64,000 bases of DNA from a virus (lineage: Duplodnaviria > Caudoviricetes), in the IMG/VR virus record IMGVR_UViG_2061766007_000959; one strand, given 5' to 3'. Shown here in pieces: positions 1 to 9,372 of the stretch; within the stretch, counting starts at the first letter, position 1, and every line of letters begins with the position of its first letter. The notes beneath the pieces were generated by a model. It was not told the origin of the DNA, searched no databases, and was given only the letters and a program-made list of their open reading frames with translations. The position numbers and the translations under genes are program-made.

Positions 1-26
1 TTTGCCCGTCCGACATTCACGACATA

Positions 27-233
27 ATGTACGGAATCAAACACAATTCCGACATACAATTCGTCGAACCGTTCATTTGTTCGTTCAACGAATGGGTCAC
101 GAAGGGTCACAAAACCGACAAAATGTCTTTCGACGAAATCCGCGAATATTGTTCGGGGTTGAAATTCGATGAGGCGAAACACGAAATAAACACGTCATAC
201 GTCAAGGCGTGGGTCAAACGGCACAATATATGA
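27..233 (+). CDS. hypothetical protein (may begin upstream of the window)
   Basis: ORF whose stop overlaps the next ATG (ATGA at 230-233). Confidence 0.55.
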   Translation: MYGIKHNSDIQFVEPFICSFNEWVTKGHKTDKMSFDEIREYCSGLKFDEAKHEINTSYVKAWVKRHNI

Positions 234-520
234 CGGAATCCGTTTTGAAATTCATCGGTCGATTCGGTGATTGCGATTGGCTTACAGGCAACTGTTACTA
301 TTTCGCCGTCATACTGAGGGACAGGTTCGGCGGTGTCATTTGTTACGACACGTCCTGCGGTCATTTCGTGACGCGCATAGACGACATATATTATGATTAC
401 AGCGGCGTTTACAATCCTGACAGACCTGACGCGGTAGTCGAATGGTCTCGGCTCAAAGCGCACGACCCCTTGCAGTACGGGCGCGTCTTACGGGACTGTG
501 TCGAGAACAACACTATTTGA
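230..520 (+). CDS. hypothetical phage protein (GNCYYFA...GHFV motif)
   Basis: ATG at 230 coupled to upstream stop; Cys/His motif. Confidence 0.65.
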   Translation: MTESVLKFIGRFGDCDWLTGNCYYFAVILRDRFGGVICYDTSCGHFVTRIDDIYYDYSGVYNPDRPDAVVEWSRLKAHDPLQYGRVLRDCVENNTI

Positions 521-589
521 CGCGAATTGTTTTTGTTCGGGGAAAACCGTATATTTGTGTTCTCGAATAACAATTAAAAATTTGACGTT

Positions 590-2236
590 ATGAAAGTTTT
601 AAGCGGATTGGATTTGAACGGTAATCAGATTACCAACGTTGACACTATAATTGACGGAACAGAGAATGATATAGTCAAGATAGGTAGCAACGGGGAACTT
701 GTTGACAGCGGTGTCAGTGTCAGTGACATAGAACCGAACGTTATCGAAAGCGTCTCGGTGAACGGCACGGCTTTGACCCCGACAAACAAGAACGTTGACA
801 TAGACCTGTCAGACTACGTCGAGACAACCGACGAGCGCATTATACCGACAGTCACCATGAACCTGTCGTATGATTTTGATATGTCAGAGGGCGTCTCGGG
901 GAATCACATTTCAAACACCTCGTATTCCTTTCCGAACGACGAAGTGCCGAATGTACAGTTCGCGAAACTCACGCTCAATATGACCTGCAATGTGAAATTG
1001 AACGGAAGTGTCGTTATGACGTCAGAGACGACACAGAATGGTTGGTTCAACAAACACGACATTCTGAACACTGTCTCAGGGGAAGAAGAGACTATGAACG
1101 TCATACACATAACAGCACCGTTCTTTTACGGTGAGGCGGTTGTCGAGTGCGAGGCTATAATCGCATACCAAACTCTGATTATATTTGAGCCTAATTATTG
1201 GGTGAATGACGCGGTACAGGCAGGGTTGGCGGATTTCGCGGAACAACTGCCGCCTGTCGCAAAGTCGAACGACTACGACGACCTCGACAACAAGCCCGAC
1301 CTGTCAGGTTACGCCGAGACAGCGAACCTGTCGGCTGTCGCAACCTCGGGTGATTATGACGACCTGAGCAACAAGCCCGACCTGTCAGGTTACGCCGAGA
1401 CAGCGAACTTGGCTACTGTCGCAACCTCGGGTGACTACGATGACCTTTTGAATAGACCTGACTTGGCGTCAGTGGCGACCTCGGGTGATTACGGTGATTT
1501 ATCAAACACCCCCGACCTTTCTGAATTTATTTCCCAAACGGATATATACGGTTTGGGTATCGCGTTCCTCAGCGGCTTGGCGTCAGTAGCAACATCAGGC
1601 AGTTACGACGATTTGTCCGATACCCCCAACCTTTCCGAATTTATTTCCGAAACGGATATATACGGTATGGGTATCGCGTTCCTCAGCAACTTGGCGTCAG
1701 TAGCGACCTCGGGTGATTACGGTGATTTATCAAACACCCCCGACCTTTCTGAATACGTAATGTCGTCCGACCTCGCGTCAGTAGCGACCTCGGGTGACTA
1801 CGAGGATTTGTCGAACACACCCGAATTGGCAACGGTCGCAACATCGGGAAATTACGAGGATTTGTCGGACACCCCCGACCTTTCCGATTTTGTGTTGTCG
1901 GAAAATTTGGCGGCTGTCGCAACGTCGGGAAGTTACAACGACCTTGAAGACCGCCCAAATTTGACAGGGTTCGGGGCTTTCTTTTCACTGAACATACTAA
2001 ACGAGGACAGCACTGATTCGTTCACCTTTGACGCGACATATATCAGTTCTGACGCCATACCGATAGTTCAGATAGTTTACGAGAACAAAATTGTGACAGA
2101 CGGAATAGAAGTCTCGTTCGACCCGTCAACAGGTTCTATTACAGTGCAATGGGACGATACCAAGTACGACGTCAATTCCAACACGCCGCTGACTGTTTCC
2201 GTTGTCGGCGCACCGACAGAACGAGAGGATTCGTAA
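590..2236 (+). CDS. fibre/appendage-like structural protein with tandem LAxVATSGxYxDLxxxP repeats
   Basis: About 9 repeats of a type common in phage fibre proteins; own promoter TATATTTG near 550. Confidence 0.7.
   Translation: MKVLSGLDLNGNQITNVDTIIDGTENDIVKIGSNGELVDSGVSVSDIEPNVIESVSVNGTALTPTNKNVDIDLSDYVETTDERIIPTVTMNLSYDFDMSEGVSGNHISNTSYSFPNDEVPNVQFAKLTLNMTCNVKLNGSVVMTSETTQNGWFNKHDILNTVSGEEETMNVIHITAPFFYGEAVVECEAIIAYQTLIIFEPNYWVNDAVQAGLADFAEQLPPVAKSNDYDDLDNKPDLSGYAETANLSAVATSGDYDDLSNKPDLSGYAETANLATVATSGDYDDLLNRPDLASVATSGDYGDLSNTPDLSEFISQTDIYGLGIAFLSGLASVATSGSYDDLSDTPNLSEFISETDIYGMGIAFLSNLASVATSGDYGDLSNTPDLSEYVMSSDLASVATSGDYEDLSNTPELATVATSGNYEDLSDTPDLSDFVLSENLAAVATSGSYNDLEDRPNLTGFGAFFSLNILNEDSTDSFTFDATYISSDAIPIVQIVYENKIVTDGIEVSFDPSTGSITVQWDDTKYDVNSNTPLTVSVVGAPTEREDS
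1250..1965 (+). repeat. intragenic tandem repeats, about 9 units of 18-40 aa, some near-identical in DNA
   Basis: Recurrent GCGACCTCGGGTGA(T/C)TAC; duplicated blocks around 1288/1369 and 1520/1635. Confidence 0.9.
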
Positions 2237-3048
2237 TGAGCATTGCTGTCTGCGCTTTGGCTAAATGGGAGAACCCGTACATAGACGAATGGGTCAGGTA
2301 TCATATTGACCTCGGATTTGACCGTGTCTTTCTGTACGATAACAACGACCCTGACGACCCGTATGTTGGCGACTGCATCGACGAGGGTTATCGGAACAGG
2401 GTCGAAATAATAGACCGTCGGGGCGTGAATATGCGCACAAGACAGCAGGTCGCCTATAACGATTGGATTTCACAGCATTGGAACGACTTTGATTTTTGCG
2501 CTTTTATCGACATAGACGAGTTCATAGTGACCCCTAACGGAATACGGGGGCTTGTGTCGGGAATGCCTGAGAACCGTGACTTTATGATTCTGAATTGGCA
2601 GATGTACGGTGACGACGAGACCATTGTCGGCGACGAGACGAAACCCGTGCGAGAGCGTTTCACGGTGAAACAGGGCGGCAGGAACAACGAATGGAACAAA
2701 TCTGTCAAGACAATCGTCAGGTGCGGCGGAAAACCCGTGAGAGCGTTGAACGCGCACGGATTCGTTTACGCTGACGGAGAAACGGCGTTATATTGTGACT
2801 GCAACGGCGAGGACGTCGGTTTGAAACTGAACAACAAGTTCTCGACCCGACCGTTTGAAAATCACGAATCGTACATAGCGCATTACGCGACAAAGTCACT
2901 GTCGGAATACCTGAAGTACAAAGTCAGGCGCATAGGCGTCGTTTGGAACAGTGATTCCATGAAAATACGGTATTATTTCAGACTGAACAAAAGGACGCCC
3001 GAAAAATTGGAATATATTGAGCGTTGGAAAGAAACAGGTGTGATTTGA
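2236..3048 (+). CDS. glycosyltransferase, GT-A fold (GT92/GT2-like)
   Basis: AVCALAKWENPYIDEWVRYH..GFD...LYDNN, FIDIDEF DxD motif, HYATKS; ATG overlaps upstream TAA. Confidence 0.85.
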   Translation: MSIAVCALAKWENPYIDEWVRYHIDLGFDRVFLYDNNDPDDPYVGDCIDEGYRNRVEIIDRRGVNMRTRQQVAYNDWISQHWNDFDFCAFIDIDEFIVTPNGIRGLVSGMPENRDFMILNWQMYGDDETIVGDETKPVRERFTVKQGGRNNEWNKSVKTIVRCGGKPVRALNAHGFVYADGETALYCDCNGEDVGLKLNNKFSTRPFENHESYIAHYATKSLSEYLKYKVRRIGVVWNSDSMKIRYYFRLNKRTPEKLEYIERWKETGVI

Positions 3049-3093
3049 ATTGAAAATGTTGTATATTTGTGAGTAATTTTAAACTTTATAATT

Positions 3094-3492
3094 ATGGCTA
3101 AGAATTTGAATTATAAGAAAGCGAGAGCGATAAAAGATTCGCAAAAACGCGTTGAGGATATGCGCTCGGGTGGTTCAGGCTCGCTACGGTCGTCAATATT
3201 CAACCGTCAGGACGAGGCGTTGACAAAAGAGGCGATTTCCGAATTTAAAGATTCGTTTTGGTCTAACGGCGGCAAGTGCGACGTTATCGGCGGCAACTTG
3301 TCAGGCTCGAACGGCAAGAAACACGTTTGTTGCGCGTATTTGCAGATTCCTGACAAAGTGCCTATGGGCGGCGGTGTTGACGCGCTGTTGGCTAAGGTTG
3401 ACTATGACAAGAACAAAAAAATATTCAAGGCTTATTACCGTCCGAAAAACGGCAAATGGGGACAGTCTAAAAACGTTGACGAAGAGGTTTAG
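3094..3492 (+). CDS. hypothetical protein with basic leader ending IKDS..RVED (candidate internal head protein)
   Basis: Own promoter near 3062; leader MAKNLNYKKARAIKDS. Confidence 0.6.
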   Translation: MAKNLNYKKARAIKDSQKRVEDMRSGGSGSLRSSIFNRQDEALTKEAISEFKDSFWSNGGKCDVIGGNLSGSNGKKHVCCAYLQIPDKVPMGGGVDALLAKVDYDKNKKIFKAYYRPKNGKWGQSKNVDEEV

Positions 3493-3495
3493 TAT

Positions 3496-3840
3496 ATGCG
3501 CGGAATAAACGACACCGATTGGGATTTTGAGACCCTGATACAGGAACACGGCATCGACTATCTTGAAGACGTGCGTCATATCAGGATTGTCGCAATGGAC
3601 GACGCGTACGACCTGTTGCCTGAGGACTACGAGTACAACGTTCGCTATATCGCTCAAAAGATATATTACGGCGGACATTGGGACGGCAGGAACAACAGGA
3701 TAGAAAACGGTTTCGCTTATTGGGCTGACTATGTTATCGACGACCGCGAGGGTTTCATACGCAGTATGATAAACGAGAGTGAGTTTTACGATTGGTGTGT
3801 CGATTGGGGTTATGTTGACAACGGCGAGGAGGACGAATAA
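3496..3840 (+). CDS. acidic hypothetical protein
   Basis: ORF tightly packed with neighbours. Confidence 0.7.
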   Translation: MRGINDTDWDFETLIQEHGIDYLEDVRHIRIVAMDDAYDLLPEDYEYNVRYIAQKIYYGGHWDGRNNRIENGFAYWADYVIDDREGFIRSMINESEFYDWCVDWGYVDNGEEDE

Positions 3841-3841
3841 T

Positions 3842-3970
3842 ATGAAACTGAATCCTACAAACAAGAGCCTGACGGCTACCTGTACGACGGCAAAGAAAAT
3901 CAGCAAGTCGCTGACGGACTATCACCGTACGGGAAAGACAAAGAACGAACGCAATTTAAAAAAACAGTGA
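3842..3970 (+). CDS. 42-aa ORF, possibly the N-terminus of the 3967-4815 protein through a -1 frameshift
   Basis: ATG right after upstream TAA; ends AAT TTA AAA AAA CAG TGA; -1 frame is open into the next ORF. Confidence 0.5.
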   Translation: MKLNPTNKSLTATCTTAKKISKSLTDYHRTGKTKNERNLKKQ

Positions 3971-4815
3971 GACACGATTACAGGCGAGCGGTATTATCGA
4001 GAATGGCTGTCGGTATGGCTGACATTCAACTGTCGCACAACGCGCTCGCGACAGAGGTGATACTGATATACAACGACCTGAGTATTGACCACTATCAGGA
4101 CAGCCGTATCGCTGAAATCGACCGTATAAAGAAACTCGCGATATTCCGCAAGTCAGAGGAACTGACATTCGTCCCTGACGATTCGGACGAACTGTTGGAC
4201 GACAAGGAATCGGCTATACCTTACGAGGTGCTGACGACGAACACGGGTCTGCCGCGCCTGCCGAGACGTGACGATATGCTGTTGAGCGAGGGCAACCTGT
4301 ACACGGTACATCACGTCAAACCTATGAACCGAGACATAGACGGTCTGATTCAACTGATAGTGTACCCTGAGAGGACAACGTTTATAGACCCGTTGAACAT
4401 ATACAAACTGACGTTATTGGACGCGGACACATTGTTGCCTATTCCCGACCTTGCGGAATACGAGAGGGGCGACGAACCTGAACCGACGCCTGAACCTGAA
4501 CCGACGCCTGAGCCTGACGAGCCGACTGACGGTGACGAGCCTGACGGGGGTGACGTTGAGCCTGAACCTGAACCTGAACCCGAACCCGAGCCACAGCCCG
4601 AACCTGAGCCGACACCGATACCGCCTGTCGTGTACAAGGACATTGTGCTTGACATTGTATGGGGCGGAAACCCGACGGAATACTCGTTCGACAACGAGAC
4701 GTGGAAACCGTTTCAGTCGAGAATCAGGTTCAACCTATCGGAAAAAGAGGCTCACAGAGTGCTGTATATCAGGGGCGGAATGGAAATTATTTCACAAATT
4801 GTATTTTTTGACTAA
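3967..4815 (+). CDS. putative neck/head-closure protein with Pro-Glu repeat linker
   Basis: Upstream of sheath; PRRDDMLL..GNLYTV beta pattern; (EP)n tract at about 4473-4620. Confidence 0.5.
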   Translation: MRHDYRRAVLSRMAVGMADIQLSHNALATEVILIYNDLSIDHYQDSRIAEIDRIKKLAIFRKSEELTFVPDDSDELLDDKESAIPYEVLTTNTGLPRLPRRDDMLLSEGNLYTVHHVKPMNRDIDGLIQLIVYPERTTFIDPLNIYKLTLLDADTLLPIPDLAEYERGDEPEPTPEPEPTPEPDEPTDGDEPDGGDVEPEPEPEPEPEPQPEPEPTPIPPVVYKDIVLDIVWGGNPTEYSFDNETWKPFQSRIRFNLSEKEAHRVLYIRGGMEIISQIVFFD

Positions 4816-4828
4816 AAAAGTGTATCAA

Positions 4829-4852
4829 TATTAAAATTATTTATATATTTGC
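4829..4852 (+). promoter_or_regulatory. class A promoter TATTAAAATTATTTATATATTTGC (also 30996, 32524, 59931)
   Basis: 24-bp near-identical repeat ending in Bacteroidota -7 element TAnnTTTG. Confidence 0.8.
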
Positions 4853-4897
4853 AGAGTGATAAACGAATGAATGTTTAACAATTTAAAACTAAATGAT

Positions 4898-5152
4898 ATG
4901 AATATCAAGGGTTTAATGAACAAACGGGTGTCGGATAGCAATTACGATTTCACCGACACGGAAATTAAAAAAGTAATCTCAGGGGTTTACAAAATCGAAC
5001 GTCAGCCGAACGGTATTATCGTATATACCGAAAACGCGTTCACAAGCCTGACTAAATTAAATGCGCTGAAAGGCATATTCGGTGTTTCGGATATTGAAGT
5101 TGACTTTCGTTACGACCGTACACACGGGTTGATTTACACGTTGATAAAATAA
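4898..5152 (+). CDS. small protein with basic leader ending KRVSDS (candidate internal head protein)
   Basis: MNIKGLMNKRVSDS leader; downstream of class A promoter. Confidence 0.6.
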   Translation: MNIKGLMNKRVSDSNYDFTDTEIKKVISGVYKIERQPNGIIVYTENAFTSLTKLNALKGIFGVSDIEVDFRYDRTHGLIYTLIK

Positions 5153-5179
5153 TATTAACGGTTTAAAACTATTGCGATT

Positions 5180-5473
5180 ATGAGGGACGTACGGAACGCG
5201 AAATTGCGCCGCATATTGAATGCCGATGGTATCAAGGATGTGGTTTTGAATTTTTCCGAAGGGTTTGTGTCGGTATGGTCGGAAGACGATTTTACCAACG
5301 ACATATTGTTCCGTGCGGACAATTCGATTGAAACCCGATTGTTCAAGGATTACACGGTCGAAGAATGGGCGGATATGATTCGTGAAATATACGACGAGGG
5401 GTTGGAAAATTACGAGGAAAGTCAACAAAGAATACAGCGGAGTGTTATCCGAATGGGTGGAAACACATACTGA
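5180..5473 (+). CDS. hypothetical protein
   Basis: ORF with AT-rich leader. Confidence 0.65.
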   Translation: MRDVRNAKLRRILNADGIKDVVLNFSEGFVSVWSEDDFTNDILFRADNSIETRLFKDYTVEEWADMIREIYDEGLENYEESQQRIQRSVIRMGGNTY

Positions 5474-5554
5474 TAACAACGGTTGTCAAACAACAAAAAC
5501 ACGAATCAACAAACGGTTCGTGTTTTTTTATATATTTGCGAAAACAAAACGAGT

Positions 5555-6172
5555 ATGATATACGAGTACGAGGCAGGAATATTGAACGTCATAAACGCGA
5601 TTTTCCCGAACATTAAAATCGCGACATACGCGACCGACGACAACATATTTGAAATGATGCGCGAGGTCACTAAGTTCCCTGCGTTCTTTTACCAACGGGA
5701 ATCGGCGGAATGGTCGAACAACAAACAGTTACAGATAACCGACGGTGTCGAGAGGTCGTCCTTTGTCAGATACGAGCAGAAGTACAAGGGAAAGTTGCTC
5801 GTCGAGAATCAGGGGCAGGCTATAACAATGGCGAGCAAGCTAAGGTTCGGGATAGCGCGTCACCCGTATATCACGGTTCATTTCCCGACAAAGGACGAGC
5901 AGGACGAGGTTGACGTTCAGTTCAGGCTCACGTACGTCGGAATAGGCGAGGACAGGTCTCAGGCTGACCCTAAGGGCGCGTTGCGTTGGGTTGATTTCGG
6001 TTGGCAGAGCCAACTGTTTATGTCAGAGTACACAGACGACATAGGCGACGCCCTCGTCAAGAGAATCAACATTTGGGTCAATCCAAAGAACATAACAGAG
6101 GCTCAGATATACAACGAGGAGGGTGTCTTTATGACGATACCGTTGCCGACTGTTGAACCTCTGAACCCGTAA
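5555..6172 (+). CDS. putative tail terminator/completion protein
   Basis: Directly upstream of sheath; about 205 aa; promoter TATATTTG near 5531 favours ATG 5555. Confidence 0.5.
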   Translation: MIYEYEAGILNVINAIFPNIKIATYATDDNIFEMMREVTKFPAFFYQRESAEWSNNKQLQITDGVERSSFVRYEQKYKGKLLVENQGQAITMASKLRFGIARHPYITVHFPTKDEQDEVDVQFRLTYVGIGEDRSQADPKGALRWVDFGWQSQLFMSEYTDDIGDALVKRINIWVNPKNITEAQIYNEEGVFMTIPLPTVEPLNP

Positions 6173-6238
6173 AGATTTTTGTTGTTTGATTGAAAAACAT
6201 TATCTTTGTGAAAGTAAAAAATTAAAATTGATTATACA

Positions 6239-7921
6239 ATGGCACAATCAGTATTAGACTTGATAGACGTTAAGTTTCAGGATGCCACAGGGCATACCTC
6301 AGTTTCCTCGACCGACATAATCGGTATGGTGATGCCTTTCTATTGGGGCGAATCGGACAAGGTCTCTGTTTACGGCAGAACGACATTCTACGAAATGTTC
6401 CCCGAATCGTTGCCGATAGGTGTCAAGAGTATCGAGAATACCGACCTGTACTCGGGCTACGCTCAGATAAAGGCGGCGTTCGCCCACGGCGCAGGCGAGG
6501 TTGAAATATACCGCCCGTCGAACGGTTGGAAATATCAGAACCTGACCATCAGCAAGACAGGCGGCGTTGTCGGTGACAGCGGTTCGCTAATCGCGGCTGA
6601 CACCAAGTACGACGAGACAAAGGCTGTGACCGTCGCCCTGAAATACGCAGGTTTCATTCCTCAGTCGCTCGCGTACGGATACGAGAACGTGAAAATCGGT
6701 GTGTCCCTGTCGAACTCGACCGACTATACGGACGGTGCTTTGATAAAGATAAACGTGTACGGCGTCGCCGCCGACAGCACTGAAACCCTGTTGGAGACAT
6801 TCGAGGGCGCGGCGAGCGCGACAGCCAAAATAGGCGGCGAATCAATCTACCTTGAAGACGTCGTGAACGGCAACAGTATGTTTATCGACGTGCGTGCGAC
6901 GGACAATGTCGTCATTCAGGCGGCGATAGCCGAGACTGAGTTTGCCTGCAAGACATACGACGAATCAGGCGTGTTCACACCTGCAACCTCAGGTCAGAAC
7001 CCGACACCTGCCTCGTTCACATCTGCGTTCAAGTTGGGAATCGACAACGGCTACGCCATGTTCAACGACTATGAATCGAGCGTATGCACGCTTATTATAA
7101 ACCCGTTCGTGACTAAGAGCGCGAAACAGAGCAACACCGAACTTGTAACCGAGTATGACGCGTATCTGAAAAACATAGCCGAGTACAGAAAGAACTGTTT
7201 GGCTGTCGTCGGATACCCGACAGACAACAACTCGGTTTACAGCAAGGAGAACATACAGACCTATTTCAACGCTCACGGCTCGAAGGGCAGTAAGTTCTGT
7301 ATCGCCGTTCAGGGTCAGGAATACCTGAGCGTGTTCGGTCAGCGTTTCACCCTGAACTGTGTCGGCGGCTATTGCGGCGCGATGGTGAACATAGCGAAAG
7401 AGGCTCACCTGAACCAAATCGCGTCGGGCTACGTTTACGGCAACTACGGCGGCTCGTTGAAGAAGTCGCTGTTGTCAGGCGCGGTGATAGACCTTATGGA
7501 AGAGGGAATCAACAGCGTGTACACGTCGAAACGCGGTAATCTTATTTGGGGTACTCGGACGCGCTACGGACGTCAGTCGTCATATTTCGGAAAAATAAAC
7601 GTAATGCGTGTTACAACCATGCTGTTGAAAAACATATTCCCGATAGCTATCGAGACACTGCACACGGACGCCGCCTCGAACCCTATCACACGGGCGTCGC
7701 TGAGTACAATGCTGAACAGCATTATCGACACGTATATCGCGAACCAAGACCTGCACGCCGACAGTTACGCCGATTGTAGCGATAGTATAAACACCGACTA
7801 CCTGACAAAGGGCGGCACAGTCCTGAACATTATACTGATGTTGCACTTTATCGGTTTGGTTGAGCGTGTAAGTATCAAGATTATCGCGACAGACACCTCT
7901 GTTACGGCTGAGTTTGTTTAA
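6239..7921 (+). CDS. contractile tail sheath protein
   Basis: IGMVMPFYWG N-terminus, AEYRKNCLAVV, GINSV...IWGTRT...INVMR C-terminal sheath motifs; 560 aa. Confidence 0.9.
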   Translation: MAQSVLDLIDVKFQDATGHTSVSSTDIIGMVMPFYWGESDKVSVYGRTTFYEMFPESLPIGVKSIENTDLYSGYAQIKAAFAHGAGEVEIYRPSNGWKYQNLTISKTGGVVGDSGSLIAADTKYDETKAVTVALKYAGFIPQSLAYGYENVKIGVSLSNSTDYTDGALIKINVYGVAADSTETLLETFEGAASATAKIGGESIYLEDVVNGNSMFIDVRATDNVVIQAAIAETEFACKTYDESGVFTPATSGQNPTPASFTSAFKLGIDNGYAMFNDYESSVCTLIINPFVTKSAKQSNTELVTEYDAYLKNIAEYRKNCLAVVGYPTDNNSVYSKENIQTYFNAHGSKGSKFCIAVQGQEYLSVFGQRFTLNCVGGYCGAMVNIAKEAHLNQIASGYVYGNYGGSLKKSLLSGAVIDLMEEGINSVYTSKRGNLIWGTRTRYGRQSSYFGKINVMRVTTMLLKNIFPIAIETLHTDAASNPITRASLSTMLNSIIDTYIANQDLHADSYADCSDSINTDYLTKGGTVLNIILMLHFIGLVERVSIKIIATDTSVTAEFV

Positions 7922-7939
7922 CGGTTCGGTAAGGCTGAT

Positions 7940-8137
7940 ATGAATTTCAAGAAAGCTATGAGACGGAAAATAAAAGACGAATGGGCGGTCGCGCCGTCCT
8001 CGTCTTTGGTTAAGAGGCTCGTCAGAGGGTTGGACGAATCAACTAACATAATCGAGCGGTATTTCCCGAAAAATCAGACAGAGAGGGAGTTTGTCAGCGC
8101 ACTGAAAGATATGGTTGAATATTTTAACAAATACTAA
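7940..8137 (+). CDS. small protein with basic leader ending KIKDE, inserted between sheath and tube
   Basis: MNFKKAMRRKIKDE leader. Confidence 0.6.
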   Translation: MNFKKAMRRKIKDEWAVAPSSSLVKRLVRGLDESTNIIERYFPKNQTEREFVSALKDMVEYFNKY

Positions 8138-8149
8138 ATAATTTAGGCT

Positions 8150-8689
8150 ATGAGTAGAAAGATAAACACATTCGCGAGTTTCATTACACAGCCGCTGAAC
8201 GTCTATAATTTCCAAATACGTATCACCTCGCCGACAGACAAGGTTGACGAATCGGTGCTTATGGTTGTGGAATCGACCAAGTTCCCGTCAGAGAAATTAC
8301 GTGAAATGGTGCTGAACTATCAGGGTGAGAAAATATCGTACCCTGCCAAGCCTGAGAACGGCGGAACGTGGACTATCACGATTCCTGAGGGTGACAAGGC
8401 TCAGGTGCGCAAGGAACTCGACCGTTTGAAAAACAAACAGTACGACCAAAAGTCGGGTGTTATGTCACCGTCCTTTTGGTACGATATTGAGGTGTTCCAC
8501 CGCGACTTGCAGGACAACATTGTGTTCTCAATCGTGTTACACGGCTGTTGGATGATGGGTCGCAACGAACACGAGGTCAAGACGGACAACGTGACAGACA
8601 GCGTCAAGTGGAGTTACGATTTCAAGTACCAATGGATTGAGGACAAGGTAAACGACAACGAGGGTTCGCCCAACCCGTTCGGTGAGTAA
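8150..8689 (+). CDS. tail tube protein (T4 gp19-like)
   Basis: Follows sheath; 179 aa; WTITI, LHGCW and FKYQW tube-type pattern. Confidence 0.8.
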   Translation: MSRKINTFASFITQPLNVYNFQIRITSPTDKVDESVLMVVESTKFPSEKLREMVLNYQGEKISYPAKPENGGTWTITIPEGDKAQVRKELDRLKNKQYDQKSGVMSPSFWYDIEVFHRDLQDNIVFSIVLHGCWMMGRNEHEVKTDNVTDSVKWSYDFKYQWIEDKVNDNEGSPNPFGE

Positions 8690-8700
8690 TACTATGAGTT

Positions 8701-9372
8701 ATGTCGAGAAAACTGACAGCATTCCGTGTCGCGAACATAACGCCGCAGACTACGTGCAACTACGCCGTGCTGATTCCGTCGGTATGGCGTTCGTTGCTTG
8801 CTGTTGAGAGTGCGTCGATGCCGTTCAAAAAGACGGCGGCGGCGTCTATATACATACGGGGAATAGAATACAAGATTCCCGTCAAACAAATGGGACAGGG
8901 TACTTGGACTTGCACAATGGTCGAAAACCTGTTTATGGGGTCTCTGTATCAGAGCCTGAATCAGTATTACAGAAGTGCAGGCGGTGACATATCGGAGTAT
9001 TCGTCGTTCTCGACTTTCAGCCTGAACAACATATACATATTCATTACGGATGCCCTGACAGGCACTGCGCCCGTCGCCGCGTGCGTCCTGAAGGACTGTT
9101 ACCTGACAGACGTGAGCGAAATATCTTTGAACGCGAGCGGTGCGACAGACGTTATGAAAGTGAAACTCACATTCCAATACAACGACATTCTCGACCCGAT
9201 AAAAATGGCTAACAACCTGACGGGGCAGAAGTTCACCCTGAATGACGGTGGCAAGAAAAGCATTCAGGCTATTGAGGCAGGTGTCGCAGGAATCACAGCG
9301 GCGGCTTGGGGTGTCAATTGGGTTGTGAACAAAGGCGTTGACAAAATCGAGGAACTATTAAAGGGTGAGTGA
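8701..9372 (+). CDS. tube-fold paralogue (tube initiator/baseplate junction)
   Basis: Similar to tube: VESASMP, GTWTCT, LKDCY, LTFQY. Confidence 0.6.
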   Translation: MSRKLTAFRVANITPQTTCNYAVLIPSVWRSLLAVESASMPFKKTAAASIYIRGIEYKIPVKQMGQGTWTCTMVENLFMGSLYQSLNQYYRSAGGDISEYSSFSTFSLNNIYIFITDALTGTAPVAACVLKDCYLTDVSEISLNASGATDVMKVKLTFQYNDILDPIKMANNLTGQKFTLNDGGKKSIQAIEAGVAGITAAAWGVNWVVNKGVDKIEELLKGE

